Shown piece after piece: positions 1 to 15,557 of a stretch of 64,000 nt of DNA; positions within the stretch are counted from its first letter, which is position 1; each line of letters opens with the position of its first letter. The stretch spans positions 72,852,001 through 72,916,000 of the forward strand of contig NC_045697.1 in the NCBI RefSeq assembly GCF_009834535.1. Reading direction: 5' to 3'. The DNA is from Camelus ferus. Its lineage: Eukaryota. The notes beneath the pieces are model-generated. The model was given only the letters and a program-made list of their open reading frames with translations. It made no database searches and was not told where the DNA came from. The position numbers were made by a program, and so were the translations under genes.

Positions 1-1145
1 GAACTTCTGTATAAAAGTGCTTACAATATTAATTTTTATTTATTGGGGAGTTACTGTCTTATACATGACAGAAACTTAAAAAGATAATTTTATGGTTCTT
101 GACTTTCATTTCCCTAGAAAATCTACCATTGAAATGTGGGTTTTATACCTGGATGATAATATAGATTTTTAAAAGAAAGCAGAATACACAAGATATATAT
201 TTTTAAAATATGGAAATATTTTTAAAGGAATATATGGTTTTATAATTAATAATAATATGACAGAATATGCATGGAAATAACTAGAAATGTGTCATGGAGG
301 TGTAGAAATGAGGGAAGGACACAAAGGTAAATCACATTGCAGTATACACAAGTTTGTACATCTACATAATGTATTACTGTTTGAAGTCTAAGTCATATGG
401 ATAATACCAAGTATTTTTTATGGCAACAAAGTAAGCAAAGTACATAAAGAAATTGGTTATGGGGAGAGTCAGACAGAAAAATTCTAGTTTATTCACAAAG
501 CTAGCATTTCAGCAGATTCTCAATTAACGTGAACATTTACCACTGCTGATACTGAACAATAAGTGCTCTTTTAGAAAAATATATACATATTATGTGACTT
601 TATTTGTTTAAGCTGGTTAGCTAAAGGAAGACAACAAGAAAAAGTTCAAATTAATATTACAAAATGTTATATAACTACTAAAACACAGAAAAGGAAATGT
701 AGTATCAAATTCTTGATTCATCTTTAATGGATATTCTCCAAGAGTAAGAAGTTTATAGGCTAAATCTGAAAAAGTTGAAAATAACTCTTTTTTTCCCTTC
801 TATGGTTGAGCTTTGTTTTAACTTCAGTTAAATATCACCATAGGAAATTTTCCGTTTACATTTCTTGTTAACTAAATGCAGAGAAAAAACAAGCAACTTT
901 ACGCCACTTGGATACTGATTTTATCCTTAATGTAAATTATTTTAACTGTAAATCTTGATAAAATCTACAGCTGTCATAAATACAAATTCTTGACTAATTA
1001 AAAGAAATAGAATAAGAGTCAAATACAAATGTCTTGAAATTAGTTCTGCATTCATTTTAAACTGCATTTGATTTTAATCAAAATTTTTTAAAGAAAAAAT
1101 AATATTTATCTGCAATATAAACAAAGTCCTGTTGCTGATTTGAGA

Positions 1146-1235
1146 TGTGTATTATATATAATATCATATATAATATTATACACACACATATATATAATAT
1201 ATATACACACATTTATAATATAATACATATATACA
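1146..1235. repeat. AT-rich (TA/CA)n low-complexity tract
   Basis: tgtgtattatatataatatcatatataatattatacacacacatatatataatatatatacacacattt. Confidence 0.75.
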
Positions 1236-4200
1236 GTCACAAATTTTCTTAAGATCATAAAGCAAATCTGTCTTGGCATACCCTCATTTACACAAATCTG
1301 ATGCATCTTTCTGGGTGTTTCTTTTTAAAAGTAAAAAAAAGACAAAGAACCACATACACCATGGAAGCTTTTTGCCAGTTTCTCAACTGTGGCAAGATTT
1401 TAATGTGCTACCATAAAGAATAGCAGTAAGATAAGGGATTAATGAAATTTAAGGTGCTGATCAAATCTATCATTCTAAAATAGATTTTTTTAAGCTACAA
1501 ATGTATTTTAAATCAGCTTGTGAGTTGAGCACTAGATATTTAAAATTTGGCTTTTCATATGCCAACATATATTAAATAAAGAGATAAGTTTTTAAATTTT
1601 GTTGAGTAATTGGTATGGCTTTAATAGATAGCTTTAATAATAATTTTCATTTATAGTACTTTAGCCAAGATTTCAATAGGTAGCCAAAATCTATGACTAT
1701 ATCTACCAATAAGTAGAACAAAATAGACAAAGATCACTTTGTTTTTCTAGACACTAAATTATTCTCACACTGGAATGTAAACATTAATACAATAAGCTCA
1801 GCAAATAGGATAATGTTAGAAAAGCATTCCTTCCTAAAAGTTTATAAAAATGTTATAATTTTAATTTTCAATTTTAATTTTATAGCAATGTACTGAATAG
1901 TATATATTTCCTAAAGGTGAGCTTTGGCAAGAATATTAACCAATTACCACCAAAAACAATAGAACCAACCTTAGCCAAGGCTTTGGGGATTGTGTGATAT
2001 TAATATTTTATATTTTGCTACTATCTGAAGATACTGTTATTTAAAGTGCAGGAATCTGTAAGTTAAAGAGATATTATTATTTCAATATACACACTTAACA
2101 GACAAATTTAAAGTCAATGGGTACATATCATACAGGATCTTAAAACTCAGAAAACTATAAATTAAGGATACATTTGGTTGAGTTATGAGGCATACTTTGT
2201 CCTTTAAAATTGTAAAATACATTATGTAAGAAAGAGTATATTAACGTGCTTGCTAACTCTTTCGGAAAACCTAGTTCTATATTATGTGAATCAAATGTTA
2301 GACAATCCTACAGATTGTCTCCTAGGGTTTAAGAAGCTTCATGCAGCCATAGAATTTTAATACTGATTTTCAGGTTCAATACTCCAATTTTAATGGTGAG
2401 GAAATAGTTCTAGAAGTATTAACTTTTTTCTCAAGGCTAATATTTTGTCTTTTTACCTGTTACTGGATAGAACCACTGGTATTATTTTCAAACTATGTAT
2501 GTACTTAGGCAGCACAAATGTCAAGGGCAAGTGGGGGTTATTAATCCTAAATTATCTGAAAGTTTCATATTAGTTTAATTTTTAGACATTGCTAGGTTCT
2601 ATATAACTTAGACATATAATTTATTTCTACTGGCTGTTCTTCAGAGAATTTAATCTACGAGGCTTGAAACTGAGCACAGTTCCTAAAGATTGTGGGAGAA
2701 AGAAAAATGGAATCAATGTTTCTCAGTAGTTGCAAAGATCTTCTCAGTGATTTGACTAAAATTTCTTAAGCTTTTCTTTATTCTTGTTCACGTGTATATG
2801 AGAGCTCAATCAACAACCACTATTCTTTTATTAGTATTAGGCTGTCTCAGAGTTGTTTACGGAGTTGTTTTTTCCCAACAGTCGTGATGAATTTGTACTC
2901 CTATAACCAATACTCTCTTATCTCTCAAGTACGATCTGTAAAATCAATGATGTATTCTCTAGGAGACAGCATATAATTAAATGGCCCATCCAGGGTACGA
3001 TTCATATCTTTGATATAGGTAGTCATACTAAAATATGAAAATAGCATGATTACTAGAAATAACTGTATTCCAAATCATAGCAGACAATATTTTAATTCAA
3101 ATTTAAAAAGAAATTTGAGAAGAGCTATTTATATTTTAAAATTTAAATTTTTTTTGGACAGAATGGGTGTTAATTCTGAGATATTGATGGTCGTACCACT
3201 AAGTGACTGTGAAAGAAATCCAAGGACAAGGTGATTTATTGTGAAAGTCCATGCACATGTGTCATTTTATGCCCAGAACACAATCTGAGAAAAAGAAATA
3301 TGGACTTAATGTCTTAATTTTTGAAAGTTTCTAGGAGAGTCACACTCTCAGTTTGAATTGATATTTGTACTTTGAAATTATACATTAATGAAGTAAAAAG
3401 GAATATTTATGCCTTACTCTCATCTGTTATGTGGGGGCAAATATAAAAACAGTTCCTTTTGCTTTTGTTTCTTCTGGGACTCAACTCAAAGGAGAACTCA
3501 TTAAATTTTCACTTTTTCCTAGAAAAATGTTACATGTATATGAAGGAAAAGGATCTATAATCTATAATTTCTGAACTTAATTTGTCTAGAATTGAACAGG
3601 GGAAAATGTTTTTTAAAAAGATGCTTAAACCAGCAGGAAAGAAATAAAAGACAAGAGACTAAGTGGGAAAGATTAAGACAAATTCTTCTGAAATATAATA
3701 CATCACATCAGTTATTTAATATGATTATGCCTAGAACATAGCTGGTAGAAAATGTTTCTCTAAAAAAGGATGCAATATGAGCAAGATGTTAGAAAGTGAG
3801 GGTTGAAATTATAAGGAGAAACTTTTTATACAAGATGACCATGTTATTGAAGTTCTGGTAGTTCTCAGATTCTTTTTTTAATGTTGTAATGTGATAGTTT
3901 GGTTGTTTGTGTACTTCATTTTTAAGGTTTTTTTTCATACAGAAATATAATGAAATTATGTATATTATAGGCTGAAATGACTAAACTGATGTGAAAAAAT
4001 TGTTTTCAAATACTAGACATCATGATAAAATATTAACCAAACATGCTTTGTTTGTCAGTAACAAAGGAAAAACATACTAGTGTTAAGATAGAATCCATTT
4101 TCTACATTAGATTGATCTAGTCTTAAAACCTTATTTATCATTGTTAAGTGAGTGTCTGTAGGTAAGTGGTTTTTAAATTGTTGAGTGTGTTTTTTTAAGC

Positions 4201-5051
4201 AATGTCTAGACCATGCAGAAGAGATGAAATGGTTACTCCATCTGAATTTACGGTGGCTCAACATTGTTTTATCCTGTGCATATAACTACTCATACCATTG
4301 AAAGACTATAGCAGCAAATAAATGGAAAGATTAAAAAGGCCAAGTGTTTTTTAAGGGAAGTGTCCATGTAGCTGATTGTAGTTCTACATAAATAAATGAA
4401 TCACAAGTGGAATAAATAGTAAGTGGCATAATCAGTACAATTTGCTTATCCTTGGAAAAACCTCCCTGATTTGTACTAGATACTCACCAACTGGAGAGAG
4501 GAAGATAGAATAGATGACTCTAAGATTCTTTTTTAACTGCACACATTTATAAAAAAAAAAAATCTCACTCATTGAGTCACATAGTGGTAGACAGAAAAAA
4601 ACTTAATGAAAAAAATAATCCTAGTAAAACATCACTATAATAATTTTGATAGGTTTTCTTGTTTAATGTGTCATTCCTGGGATAAATGAAACTTCTGAAA
4701 GATTATATAGTACATCAAAGGCATTCTGTTCAATAAAGGAAAAAGATGACTAGAGCTACAGAAAGCAATCAACTGGGACTCCCAAAGGGAAATTTCAGAA
4801 GTTTATGGTGGAGTAATTAAGAATACTCTGCAAAAGGTAATAAAAAGTCTTTCTGTAAGGAAGAGACTGTTCTATCACAAACTGATATTATACATGGACA
4901 GTGGCTTATAGAAGACAAAAGGAAAGTAAAATAAAATTTTGATAAAAAGAAATAAAACAATGAAAAAAGAGAAGTAGGAGTAAAGCATCAAAGCTTACTA
5001 TATTAAATTGCCATAATTAGGTGTTTTCCTTCTCTGATGTGCCACAATTTA

Positions 5052-5315
<264 letters not shown>

Positions 5316-7012
5316 TTAATTGAAAATGCCAAAGATTATCTCCACATTTTCTCTAAGTCCTCATTTCACAAATCCATCAAAATACCATACTGTTGTCACC
5401 TACAATCGTCCAAATGCTATCAGTTGATCTTCATCAGTCTTTACCTCATGTATGAAAACTATAGCTGAACTGCAGTGCCTGTTTAAACTACACTCGTTCT
5501 CCCTTGCCTAGAGGCTCAGGATGGATGCCTTTCCTCTGTTTGGTAATTGTTGATCTAACCTTATTAAATGTATAATCAGAGGAAAAGAGATGGGACAGAA
5601 TAAACTGATCAACTGACATTTTCTCCTATGTAAAACTATTATATATATCCTGTAATATCAGTCATATTTGAAATAAATTGGTTTTCATCCAAATGAGAAA
5701 AAGTAACTAGATACTCTGAGTCACATTGGACCCACAAGCTATTTGACTATGATTTAAAAATCAGATAAAGACATTTACATGCATTTTTCCAAAGTCCTGG
5801 CACATGTGATTGCATCATTAATTTGACATATCACATACAGATGTGTTAGTCACACCAAAATCAAGAGACTATAAATTATCAAACTAAATTCTGAGATTTC
5901 ATAGCTTTCAATCAAAATTATAAGGATGTAATTAGGGAGGAATAGGAGGACAACCAATAACATGATAGTGAATTAGAATTTGTGTAAACTTTTGTGTGAC
6001 TTCCAGTTTTAGGAAGGCTTTAAAGTGATTAAAGAGTCTGGTATGCTGGTATTCTCAATACCTGTGCTTTTTGTGTAAAGGGACTCAAATCTCCGTGCCT
6101 TTCTGTGCTTGTTTGCTTATTAAGTATTAATGTCAATGGGGATTTGATTCAGTCAACAAATAATATTATTATGATGATTAATTTTATTTTGTTATCATAC
6201 AACTAAGATTTATTAATAATACCTAAGGGAAGGAATGCAGTTTTCAGTTTAATAACTGCTGCCTGCTTTTCCTTCAGTAAATACTTTCTAGTGTTTTTCT
6301 TTTAAAATCTGGACTCTGAGTAGAGCAGAGTTTGATTAAATGGGTACTTTAAAAAATGACCATTATATTTGCATCATTTCCTATTTTTAAAGGCAAAACA
6401 GATCACTAGGTAAGAATTTTATTGAAATAAAAGTTAAATGGTCAGAATAAGAAACAAAATGCAAACAATCACACAGTTATGTTTTATTTTTCCCTTTGCT
6501 TTTCTTAAGGTGGGTCCAAAATATGAAATACTAAATTCTGTTGTATAGCATCCCTATTTCCTTTCCAGTCCAGTGCTTAAGTTTTTTTAATGCTAAAACA
6601 AAGGAACACAACCAAGAACCTACCAGGACTCCCTTTCCCTTTAGCCAGGCTTCTTAAAAGATCAGTCCACACCTTTCAGTTCTTCCCTTCTCACTTATTT
6701 CTCAATCTATAACAACCTCACTTTCCTTTGCGATTTCATCTCCAGTAATCTCATTGCCTCCTCCAGAAATGCCCCAGAGCTTCCCCATATAGAGGTCGTC
6801 ACATTTTTCCAATCAGAAACCTTTGTAACTTATACAAACTAATTGGCCATATCATATTGTAGTATAATATTTTTATGTGTCTCTTTTCCCAAGGAATGTG
6901 TGAGGTCTTGGAGGAAATGTCTGTGTCTTATCTGCTTAATTGTTGCTCCCAACCTATAGTTCCTCAAGTGATCAATACATTTAATTGAAAATTGTAATAG
7001 AGCATTAACTTA

Positions 7013-7384
<372 letters not shown>

Positions 7385-8577
7385 TCAGATCCTATTCTGT
7401 CACCTATTTAACCTTTTTGAACCTCAACTTCATTATTTTTGAAATAGAAATAAGAACGTGCACTTCTTGGTGGTAAAATCAAGATCAATAGAAATAATGT
7501 AAGTGAAAGGTGTTGATTATTTGGTGCTGTGCCTAGCACATTATCACAACTCATAAATGTCTGCTGAACAGAATTGGAAAGGTGCATATTAAGGGCTTAA
7601 AAATATGAATTATGTACCCCAGGACCTCCATTTTTCTTCTGTATGTTTAACTTTTTTTAAAAGAAAATTCTAGAGAGCTAATATAGATAATAGCTATATG
7701 ATTGACAAAGATAAGGAACCCCTAGGAAGGATATTGTCAATATATCCATTTAAAAGCACCCAGAGACAAGTTCAGGATTTACATAAGGACAAATAAATCA
7801 AGTTTAATTGAGGCGGTGCTTTCCTGTTACTTTCAAAATTGAATTCATACTGCATCGTGTAAATATTCGTAGTGTCTATGTAACTATATATATCATAATT
7901 GTTATAGGAAAATATATTGAGGCTCTGAAAAAACACACATATATTTTTTTAGAGTGCGACTTTTTGGGACATTGGAAACTCTTTGAACATAATAACAAAA
8001 AGCAAATTTTATTCATGTGGTAAAATAGTAACAATATGTCTGGGAGAATCAAATTCCTGCCTTAAATTTGATAATATGGCTAATGGCCAAATTATGGCTA
8101 ATATTCAGAGTAGACAATAACATGCACTGTAGCATTTCTCTCGTTATATTGAATTGTTGCTTTATGGTGTTCCCAGAGTCAGACACAGCATTTATCAGTA
8201 AATTTTACTGTGCTGAACTGAATATTCTTCAGTTCTATCATAATCTTTTACTTGTTTGCTTGCTCTAGATATTTTTGAATGCAATTTGAGTGGGTAGGCA
8301 GTTGATTTTTTAAGACTAAAATGAGAAGTTGAGTGACATGAGCAGATTTACAGCCTTGTACACCTACTGTAGCATGGATAATTCAAAATAGACTGCAAAC
8401 TTCTTATTTTTTTTGTCAATTAGTTTAATGTAAATAAAATTATTTCCTGACAGGTAGAATATTATTTTATTTGAATTGTATAGACACAATCAATTTATGT
8501 TCTCATTAACTAACACTTCAGTGAAAGTAGAAATTTTGAAACTTTAAGTTGACATTTTTGTCATTTCTGGTCTGATC

Positions 8578-9720
8578 TATTATTCATTCATTCAACCAAA
8601 CATTTATTGGATACCTACTATAGTATTCCAGACACTGTAGTAATACAACAGTGAGAAAAAATGGCCTTCACAGAGTTAATAGCCTAATGAAGTAGATAGA
8701 TAGTAATCAAATAATCTCACCAATAAATGTAAAATTACAAATGTAATAGATGTCACAAAGGTAATGTTTATGGCCATCTAAGTGCATTTACTGGAAAAAA
8801 ATATATTTAGATTGTGAATTAGTCTTTCCTAAGAAAAGCATTCTGGGTTGAAACTTGAAAAGGTGACTAGACAAGGCAGTGGAAGGGTGAGGGTTGCCAA
8901 GATTTCTGGGAGAACAAACAACATGTGAAAAACTCCTGTGTTAATGGTGGGTTTTTATATGTTGAATTATGTCCCCTCTAAAAAGATATGTTTAAATCCT
9001 AATACCCAGTAACACAGAATGTGACCTTATTTGGAAATAGAGTTTTATATAGGTAATCAAGTTAAAATGAGGTCATTAGGGTGGGCCCTAATCCAATATA
9101 AGATACAAAGGAGAAATCTGGAAACAGAGAAACACAGAGAGAACGCCGTTTGAAGATGAAAGATCCATCGACAAGCCAAGGAATGCCAAAGACTGCCAGC
9201 AGTCCACCAGCGAACAGGAAGAGGCAAGGAAGAATTTCCTTACAGGTTTCAGAGGGAGCATGGCCCTTGCCAACACTGTGATTTCAGACTTCTAGCTTCT
9301 GGAAATGTGAGAAAATAAGTTTCTGTTGTTTTGCCGCTCAGGTTGTGCTACTTTGCTACAGTCGCCCTAAGAAACCGATTTGATGGGTAAGAGTGGGAGA
9401 AGAATTGTGCACCTGAAGAATTAAGGGCTAATATAACTGAAGCATTGAAAGTGAAGGAGGAAAGTGGTTTGAGAGGAAGTTGTAGGGCAGATCATAGAAT
9501 TTTGTCGTATAGAAAGTAATTGAGGTGGTTCAGTCAGAGGAGGAGAGTAATCAGATTTTAGTTTGGAGAATGGCTTGAAGGAGAGAAAGAATTAAAATAA
9601 GGAAATAAGTTACCTTGTTATTATTTTGGTTTGGGTGAGAGATGATTGCTGCTTGGAATATAGTGTTACCCATGGAGACTGACTTATGTTAATGATTGAG
9701 GAAAATAAAGAAATGTTGAA
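8578..9720 (-). mobile_element. LINE-2 fragment interrupted by an MLT1 LTR
   Basis: Begins with the L2 3'-tail complement (tattcattcattcaaccaaacatttattg). Purine-rich L2-like body continues on both sides of the LTR. Ends approximate. Confidence 0.6.
8953..9383 (+). mobile_element. MLT1-type MaLR solo LTR
   Basis: Typical MLT1 text (gttgaattatgtcccc...gaatgtgaccttatttggaaatag...gagggagcatggcccttgccaacac...cagacttctagcttctgg). Flanked by a perfect 5-bp TSD tgggt (8948-8952 and 9384-9388). Confidence 0.85.
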
Positions 9721-10430
9721 CTATGGTAAAAGTGGAGAGCCAGTTGGCCAAAGAAGTAGATAGAATTGCCAGGCACTGCTGAAGACCAATCTGAAATTGG
9801 TAATTAGGAATTCACTGCGGCATTTCCTATTCTGTGACTCTCTCCAGGAATAATAATTTGCTCAACAGTATGCATGAAGAAAATGGATCCTTAGGGTCAT
9901 CCAAATAAACATCCTCTGGACCTTGAGAAGAAATGATACAATACAAGATATAATCTCATGCTAATGATTGTCAGTACTTCATTCTTCCTTTAAAGAAATA
10001 CACATCTTTGACATGATCACATTATTTTCCTAGGTGTTTGAGCTTCTTACCACCACTTTTTCCCCACAATGAACAGATTATCAAACACATTAGAGTCATT
10101 TTAGTATGATTATTTCACAAGGAATAGCTGAGACTGGATTCTTCACTCTTCCAATTAGCATATCACCAAAACAAGTTTTAAAGTCTATTTTTATTATCTT
10201 TTATAGAGGCTGAAATTCCCAGAAGTATCCATTGAAAGCTCGTATTTTTAATGCCATCTATTATTAGTTTTCCTTTCCACTCTAGTACTAGACCAGTTTC
10301 CTTTACCACTAACTTTTTTTTTTCTGATATAATCGAAGGGGTCTTTTCTATTTACTTTGATGTCTTTTGCAAAATAGAATTTTTTGACATAATTTTTCTT
10401 TACTTACTCTCAATAAGTAAGCTTTTCCTT

Positions 10431-11059
10431 TGAAACAGAGCAGTACCCTGCAGAGCCTTCCCACGGACAGACCTTTTACTTCTCCTCATGTCTCCCACTC
10501 TTGTTTATAAAAAAAGCTTTAGCCTCCTAGGCCTTCCCTGAGTTCCAAAGAGCAGATTTAATCAGAGAAGAGAGATAATGTAGAAACAAAGGAAAACAGT
10601 CAAGCAAGACAAAATAGTAATAGTTTAGTCATAAAAGAAAGTCAAGGATCTTTAGTTCCTCCTCAAAGGCTACAGATAATATCCTGAGCCATATCCTTGA
10701 GTTTTTTTTCAGAAACTAAAACCCCCATCAGATGGAAGAAGCTAACTGCACGCTGACCACTAGCACACAGACCCCAGACTGGTTGGAACCAGAAGATTGA
10801 CATTGTTAACTTTAGAAATACCACCTTGTTACGTCACCACCAACCAATCAGAGAATTGTGCATGAGATAATCACACAACCTGTGACCTTCACCCTCACAC
10901 TGTCTTAAAAAACACTTCCCTGAAAGCCATTGGGGAATTTGGGTCTTTTGAGTATGAGTTGCCTGTTCTCCTTGCTGGCCTTGCATTAAATGCTGTGCTT
11001 TCCTTCACCACAACCTGGTGTCAGTAGATTGGTGTTGCTGTGCATCAGGTTTGGTAACA
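10431..11059 (+). mobile_element. ERV1-like solo LTR in intron 1, antisense to TACR3
   Basis: TG...CA termini (tgaaacagag...ggtaaca), CCAAT motif (aaccaatca, ~10842-10850), ATTAAA at 10985-10990, and a 5-bp TSD tcctt/tcatt (4 of 5 match). Confidence 0.8.
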
Positions 11060-14000
11060 TCATTTTGCAGTTGTTCTCTGTATCCTGTTTAATTCTTCCT
11101 TTTGTTCGCGTTTTATTAAGCTCTATTTCTGGATCCTTATGTGCTTCTATACATTTAAAAATTTTGGTATAAAGACAGTGCAGCCTTCAGCTATTTACTT
11201 AATTATATTAACTATGCAAAGAATATTTGCCTGAAGTGACATGGATTTTACTGTTCTCCAGTTTGCTTCTGTCCACAGTGTACACTGCTTTGGTGTAAAT
11301 CCCAAATATAAAATGCTTTCTGGCTATTATCTGTGCAAAATAAATATTAGTTGCAGTAGCTCATGAGCCAAAAATCTTCAACTTAATGCTAGATCATTTT
11401 CTGCTTTGACAGATCACTAGAGAGAAATATAATCTTTTTTGAAATTGCATTTTCTCAAATTTTATTTTGTACCTTTTCATAAATGCTTTAAACATACTTA
11501 AGGTTGAGCCAATTAATTGTTTGTGAATATTATCTAAATTTCTAAGTGAATAAGCATTTATTAAAATAAACACATACATATACATATATACATTCATAAG
11601 TATGTACACATATAATAGGAACTTCAAAATATTACCCCTCAAGAAACAAATCACTTGTTCATTTACTCTGATTTCTTTATTTATATAAGTAAAATGTATA
11701 CACTAGCATTTGAGGGAAATTATATTAAAAAATAAAGCATCAGAATAGTAAAACTATTTGATTTTCATTGCATATTCTTTCAGTTTAAATTTAGCAATTA
11801 GATTTATCTATTCATTTATTTTCTGAATATCAGCTATTTATTTCCAACTATTTCTTGAATGCTAACTTTTTCCAGGATTGTATTACATTCTTTGATCATA
11901 TTGATGAACAAAGTAGATATGATTCCTACTCTTGTGGAGTTTAGAGAGTAACACGGAAGAAATACATAATTCAAATAGTTACAAAATACATAAGAAATTA
12001 TTACCTAAATGTTGCTTGGGATAGCATTGCCTCTTGGATTTGGTTAAACTTTCATTGGATCTTTAGCATAATGGTCTGTGTGAGTTCAGTGCCCTCTCGC
12101 ATCATTTCTAAAAATTTCCAACCTGACCTAGTTGGTATTCTCTGTTTCCATTTTTGAATCTCTGTAAAATATACTCATTTTACCTAGTGTGAACCTGAAT
12201 GCAAAGTTGTATTGTTATATGACTTCCACAAAATATCCAATTGTATAAAACATTTCAGATTTCAAAATTTTATTGTGTTTAGGAGTTTACGGGAGGGGAG
12301 AATACACCACCATTATTCATCCTGATGGTTCCAAACTCAACTTTCTTCTCTTTGTTATACTCCACTTTATATTCTGCAATTTCCAAAGACCCTATATGCA
12401 ACATAGGTGACCCTATCATTTATATTCCCTTGAGAAGGTTAGCCCAGTCCCCCATTTCCTCGTTAGACTGGTCTGTCTAGCCCAATCCTGTGGTAATTCT
12501 GCTGAATAAAACTGTCCCCACTGTGTACACTGTGATGTTATGAAGTCATGTACTAGTGATTGTAAAACATAAAATAGGGAATTTGACCTAATCTGGGGTA
12601 TAGGCCAAAATGATGGTAGATATGTTAGGTATGTCTTCCCTGAGGAAGCAACATCAAATCAGAAGGATAAATGGGGGTTAATCAGAGTGAAGGTGGGATG
12701 AGAATAGAAAGTAGAACAATGAGTCCTGAGGTTGGAGAAAGCATGAGATACTTGAACTAAGGAAGGCCAGCTTCCCTGTAGCACAGAGAGAGAAAAGCAG
12801 AGGTGTTAAATGAAGATGGAGGTGTAGGTATTAAGCATGATTTCACTAATACAATATATTCAATATACATTTAGATTTTCTTTTTAACAATTAAAGCAAT
12901 AATTGCTAATCCCTGTTAAATATTTATTATATACCAGACACTATTCTGAAAGCTTTGTATATAATATATAATTATATTAGATTGTATAATATAATGATCT
13001 TTATATTCTAATTATTTATAGTCATTAAAACTATACCAAACATTTATAAAATGATTATATCAAAATGCTACTTCATTAGTGATCATTACATGAAACAGTT
13101 TCTCCTTAAAATTTCAGACACAGATTTAGAAATGATTTTCTGTATCAATATAAAACTTACTGCTAAAAATTATTTTCTGCTACTTATACTATCTCTCGTA
13201 ATAGATAATTTAAAAATCAGAACATAGTAGATTATTTCATCCATGAAATATAAAATTCTAAATCAATTTTTTGAAGTCTAATTACTAACATTTTGTGTCA
13301 TCTTTGTATTGTCTCAGAAAATTAATAGGAAAGTATTTTAGATAACCACTTTTAAATAAATCACTTCAAAAGCACCAATTGCACAAAGTCACTCTTATAT
13401 TATCAACCATGTATTAAAAACAACTTTGTTAAGATCTTAATTTCCTATGAAAATACTTTTGAACTCTTGGCAGGTTACTTTTGTGGAAGAAATGCCTTCA
13501 TTGAAATATATTTGAAGTTGAATTCATGTATAAATATTTTTAGTATTCAACATTTTATAGAGATGACACAAGATACTATACATAATAGTGTGTAGTATAT
13601 GTAACTATATATGATCTTCTATTTATACTATAAGGTAACATGCTTCCTAAAATGCATACAGAGACCTTTTTCAGGGTAATAGAAGAGACATTTAATCAGT
13701 TTTATTTCATTTTATAAATGGAAGAATTTTTTGATGAGCAGAGAATTCAAACAGTTGTCCAAAAGTGGAGGAGTTAGAAGAGTAAGAGCTAAAGAAACTC
13801 CCAAGTGGGAGCAATAGACGTATCACAGAGTAATCAATGGGTAAAGGAGGTAAAAAATTTTAATGAGAAAAGACTCAAGACACTTGCTGGCTCTAGTCAA
13901 ATATATGAAGAAATGTAGTGTAGAACAGGCATTAGAACAGTTTTAGCTCACCCTAAGGGGTAGAGCTAAGACTATAGTTTCTGGAGAAAGATGAGTTACA

Positions 14001-15018
14001 ACTCGCCAAGGGCATAATGGGTTATCTCCAGTGGTATGGAGGTTTTTGTTTTTCTTTTGGTCTCTGTTGTTGAAAGTACTCAAGAATAGAATGAGTGACC
14101 ATTTATTGAGAGAATTAAAGGACTATAAACTTCCAGATGAGTAGCTGAAATAGATGAAAGTGAGCTCCCTCACAGCTTTGAGGTTCTAATTTAAATCAGA
14201 GGTAGATTGTCAGAAAGCTAATTATAGTTCCAGGCCCTTGTGTTCAGGGTTATGACAAGAAGCAGATTGATGGGGACAAGTAGTGTTGGAAATTGTGTAT
14301 GTTCAAAGTAACTGTTATTACTTTGCGTAACTTGCGGAGTACTACAAGTATAACTCATACATCAAATTGTATGGAACCAAAACTTCCTTCTATTTATTAG
14401 CTGCTTCTTATGATTATTTAGCTTCTCTTTTTATATGCCTTCTAAGCATATGATTGAATAAAGCTACATATTATAATTAGCACTACAAGTCAACAGGCTT
14501 TTTTCTTAACCAATAGCAACATTAAGAGTGCTATGGGAATGAATGAAAATGATTTTATATCTACTCTCCTACAGTATGAATGATTACAGAAGAAACATAA
14601 ATATTTCTATATATATATGAAAATATGTTTATGTTTCATTAATAGTTTTCATTCTTGGTAAAGTAATACTTTTTGCATATGCTCATTGTAAGTATTATTC
14701 ATATGTACACAGGAGTTATTCTGAATCTCTTCCTTTTGCTCATTTCCTTTGCACAATCATACATCTTATCAGTCTAATTTCCTACATCACCAAATGTGCT
14801 CCTTCCCTCCCTTCCCACTTTCAATGCTTGGACTATTGAAACATTATCTTTATGGGCTTCCCTGCTGTTACTTTTTCCCAGCTTTTTCATAATGTCTTCA
14901 AAGTGATCTTTCTAAAACTTTTCACTGTTTCTTCACTTCTGACAGGATTAACTGCAATTCTGCAGACCCTTTACTACAGTGACACTGCTTGTCTTATCTC
15001 TTCCCCAAATTTACTGTA

Positions 15019-15557
15019 TTGTATCAGTCAGAGCTCCAGGAAAAACAGATAACAGACTGGAATGGGAAAACTGAGGGGAGTTTAATAAAGAGGCCGTTTA
15101 CAAAATTTAATGAAGAAGCCATTTATAAACCACATTTTATGATTGAGATTAAAGGAAACCAACTTGAAATGAATGTTCCCAGGACTAACAGTAACAAGGA
15201 GTAGGTGTCCCCCTTGCTCCAGGCCTGGAGGATGAAAGGATCCCATAGTCTGAAGTGAGGAGATGGAGGCTTAGCAAGGAGCACTTGATAAGAGATGTGT
15301 GTACAGCTGGAGACTAAGCAATCCTGAAAGGCAAGGCAGGAGAGGTAGAGATAGCCCCGGAGTCACTCTCCTCTCTTCCTCCCACCCCCTCCAGGGGCTC
15401 CCATTAGCTCTGGCTCCAAGAAGAGGCCAGAGAACTAGGGACCCTCTTGATACAGTCAGTCCATAGTTAGCCTAATGGGAAGGGGGCAGAAAAAAGAGTG
15501 GATGGAATTGATGGTGAGTAGATCTGAACTGAAAAAAACAGAAATTATCCAGCTCAA
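15019..15557 (-). mobile_element. ERVL-class solo LTR (LTR33/LTR41-like)
   Basis: The ends tgtatcagtcagagctccaggaaaaacagat...gagtttaataaagagg and gtagatctg...aaattatccagctca resemble the reverse complement of LTR33/LTR41-type LTRs. Subfamily is from memory. Confidence 0.55.
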
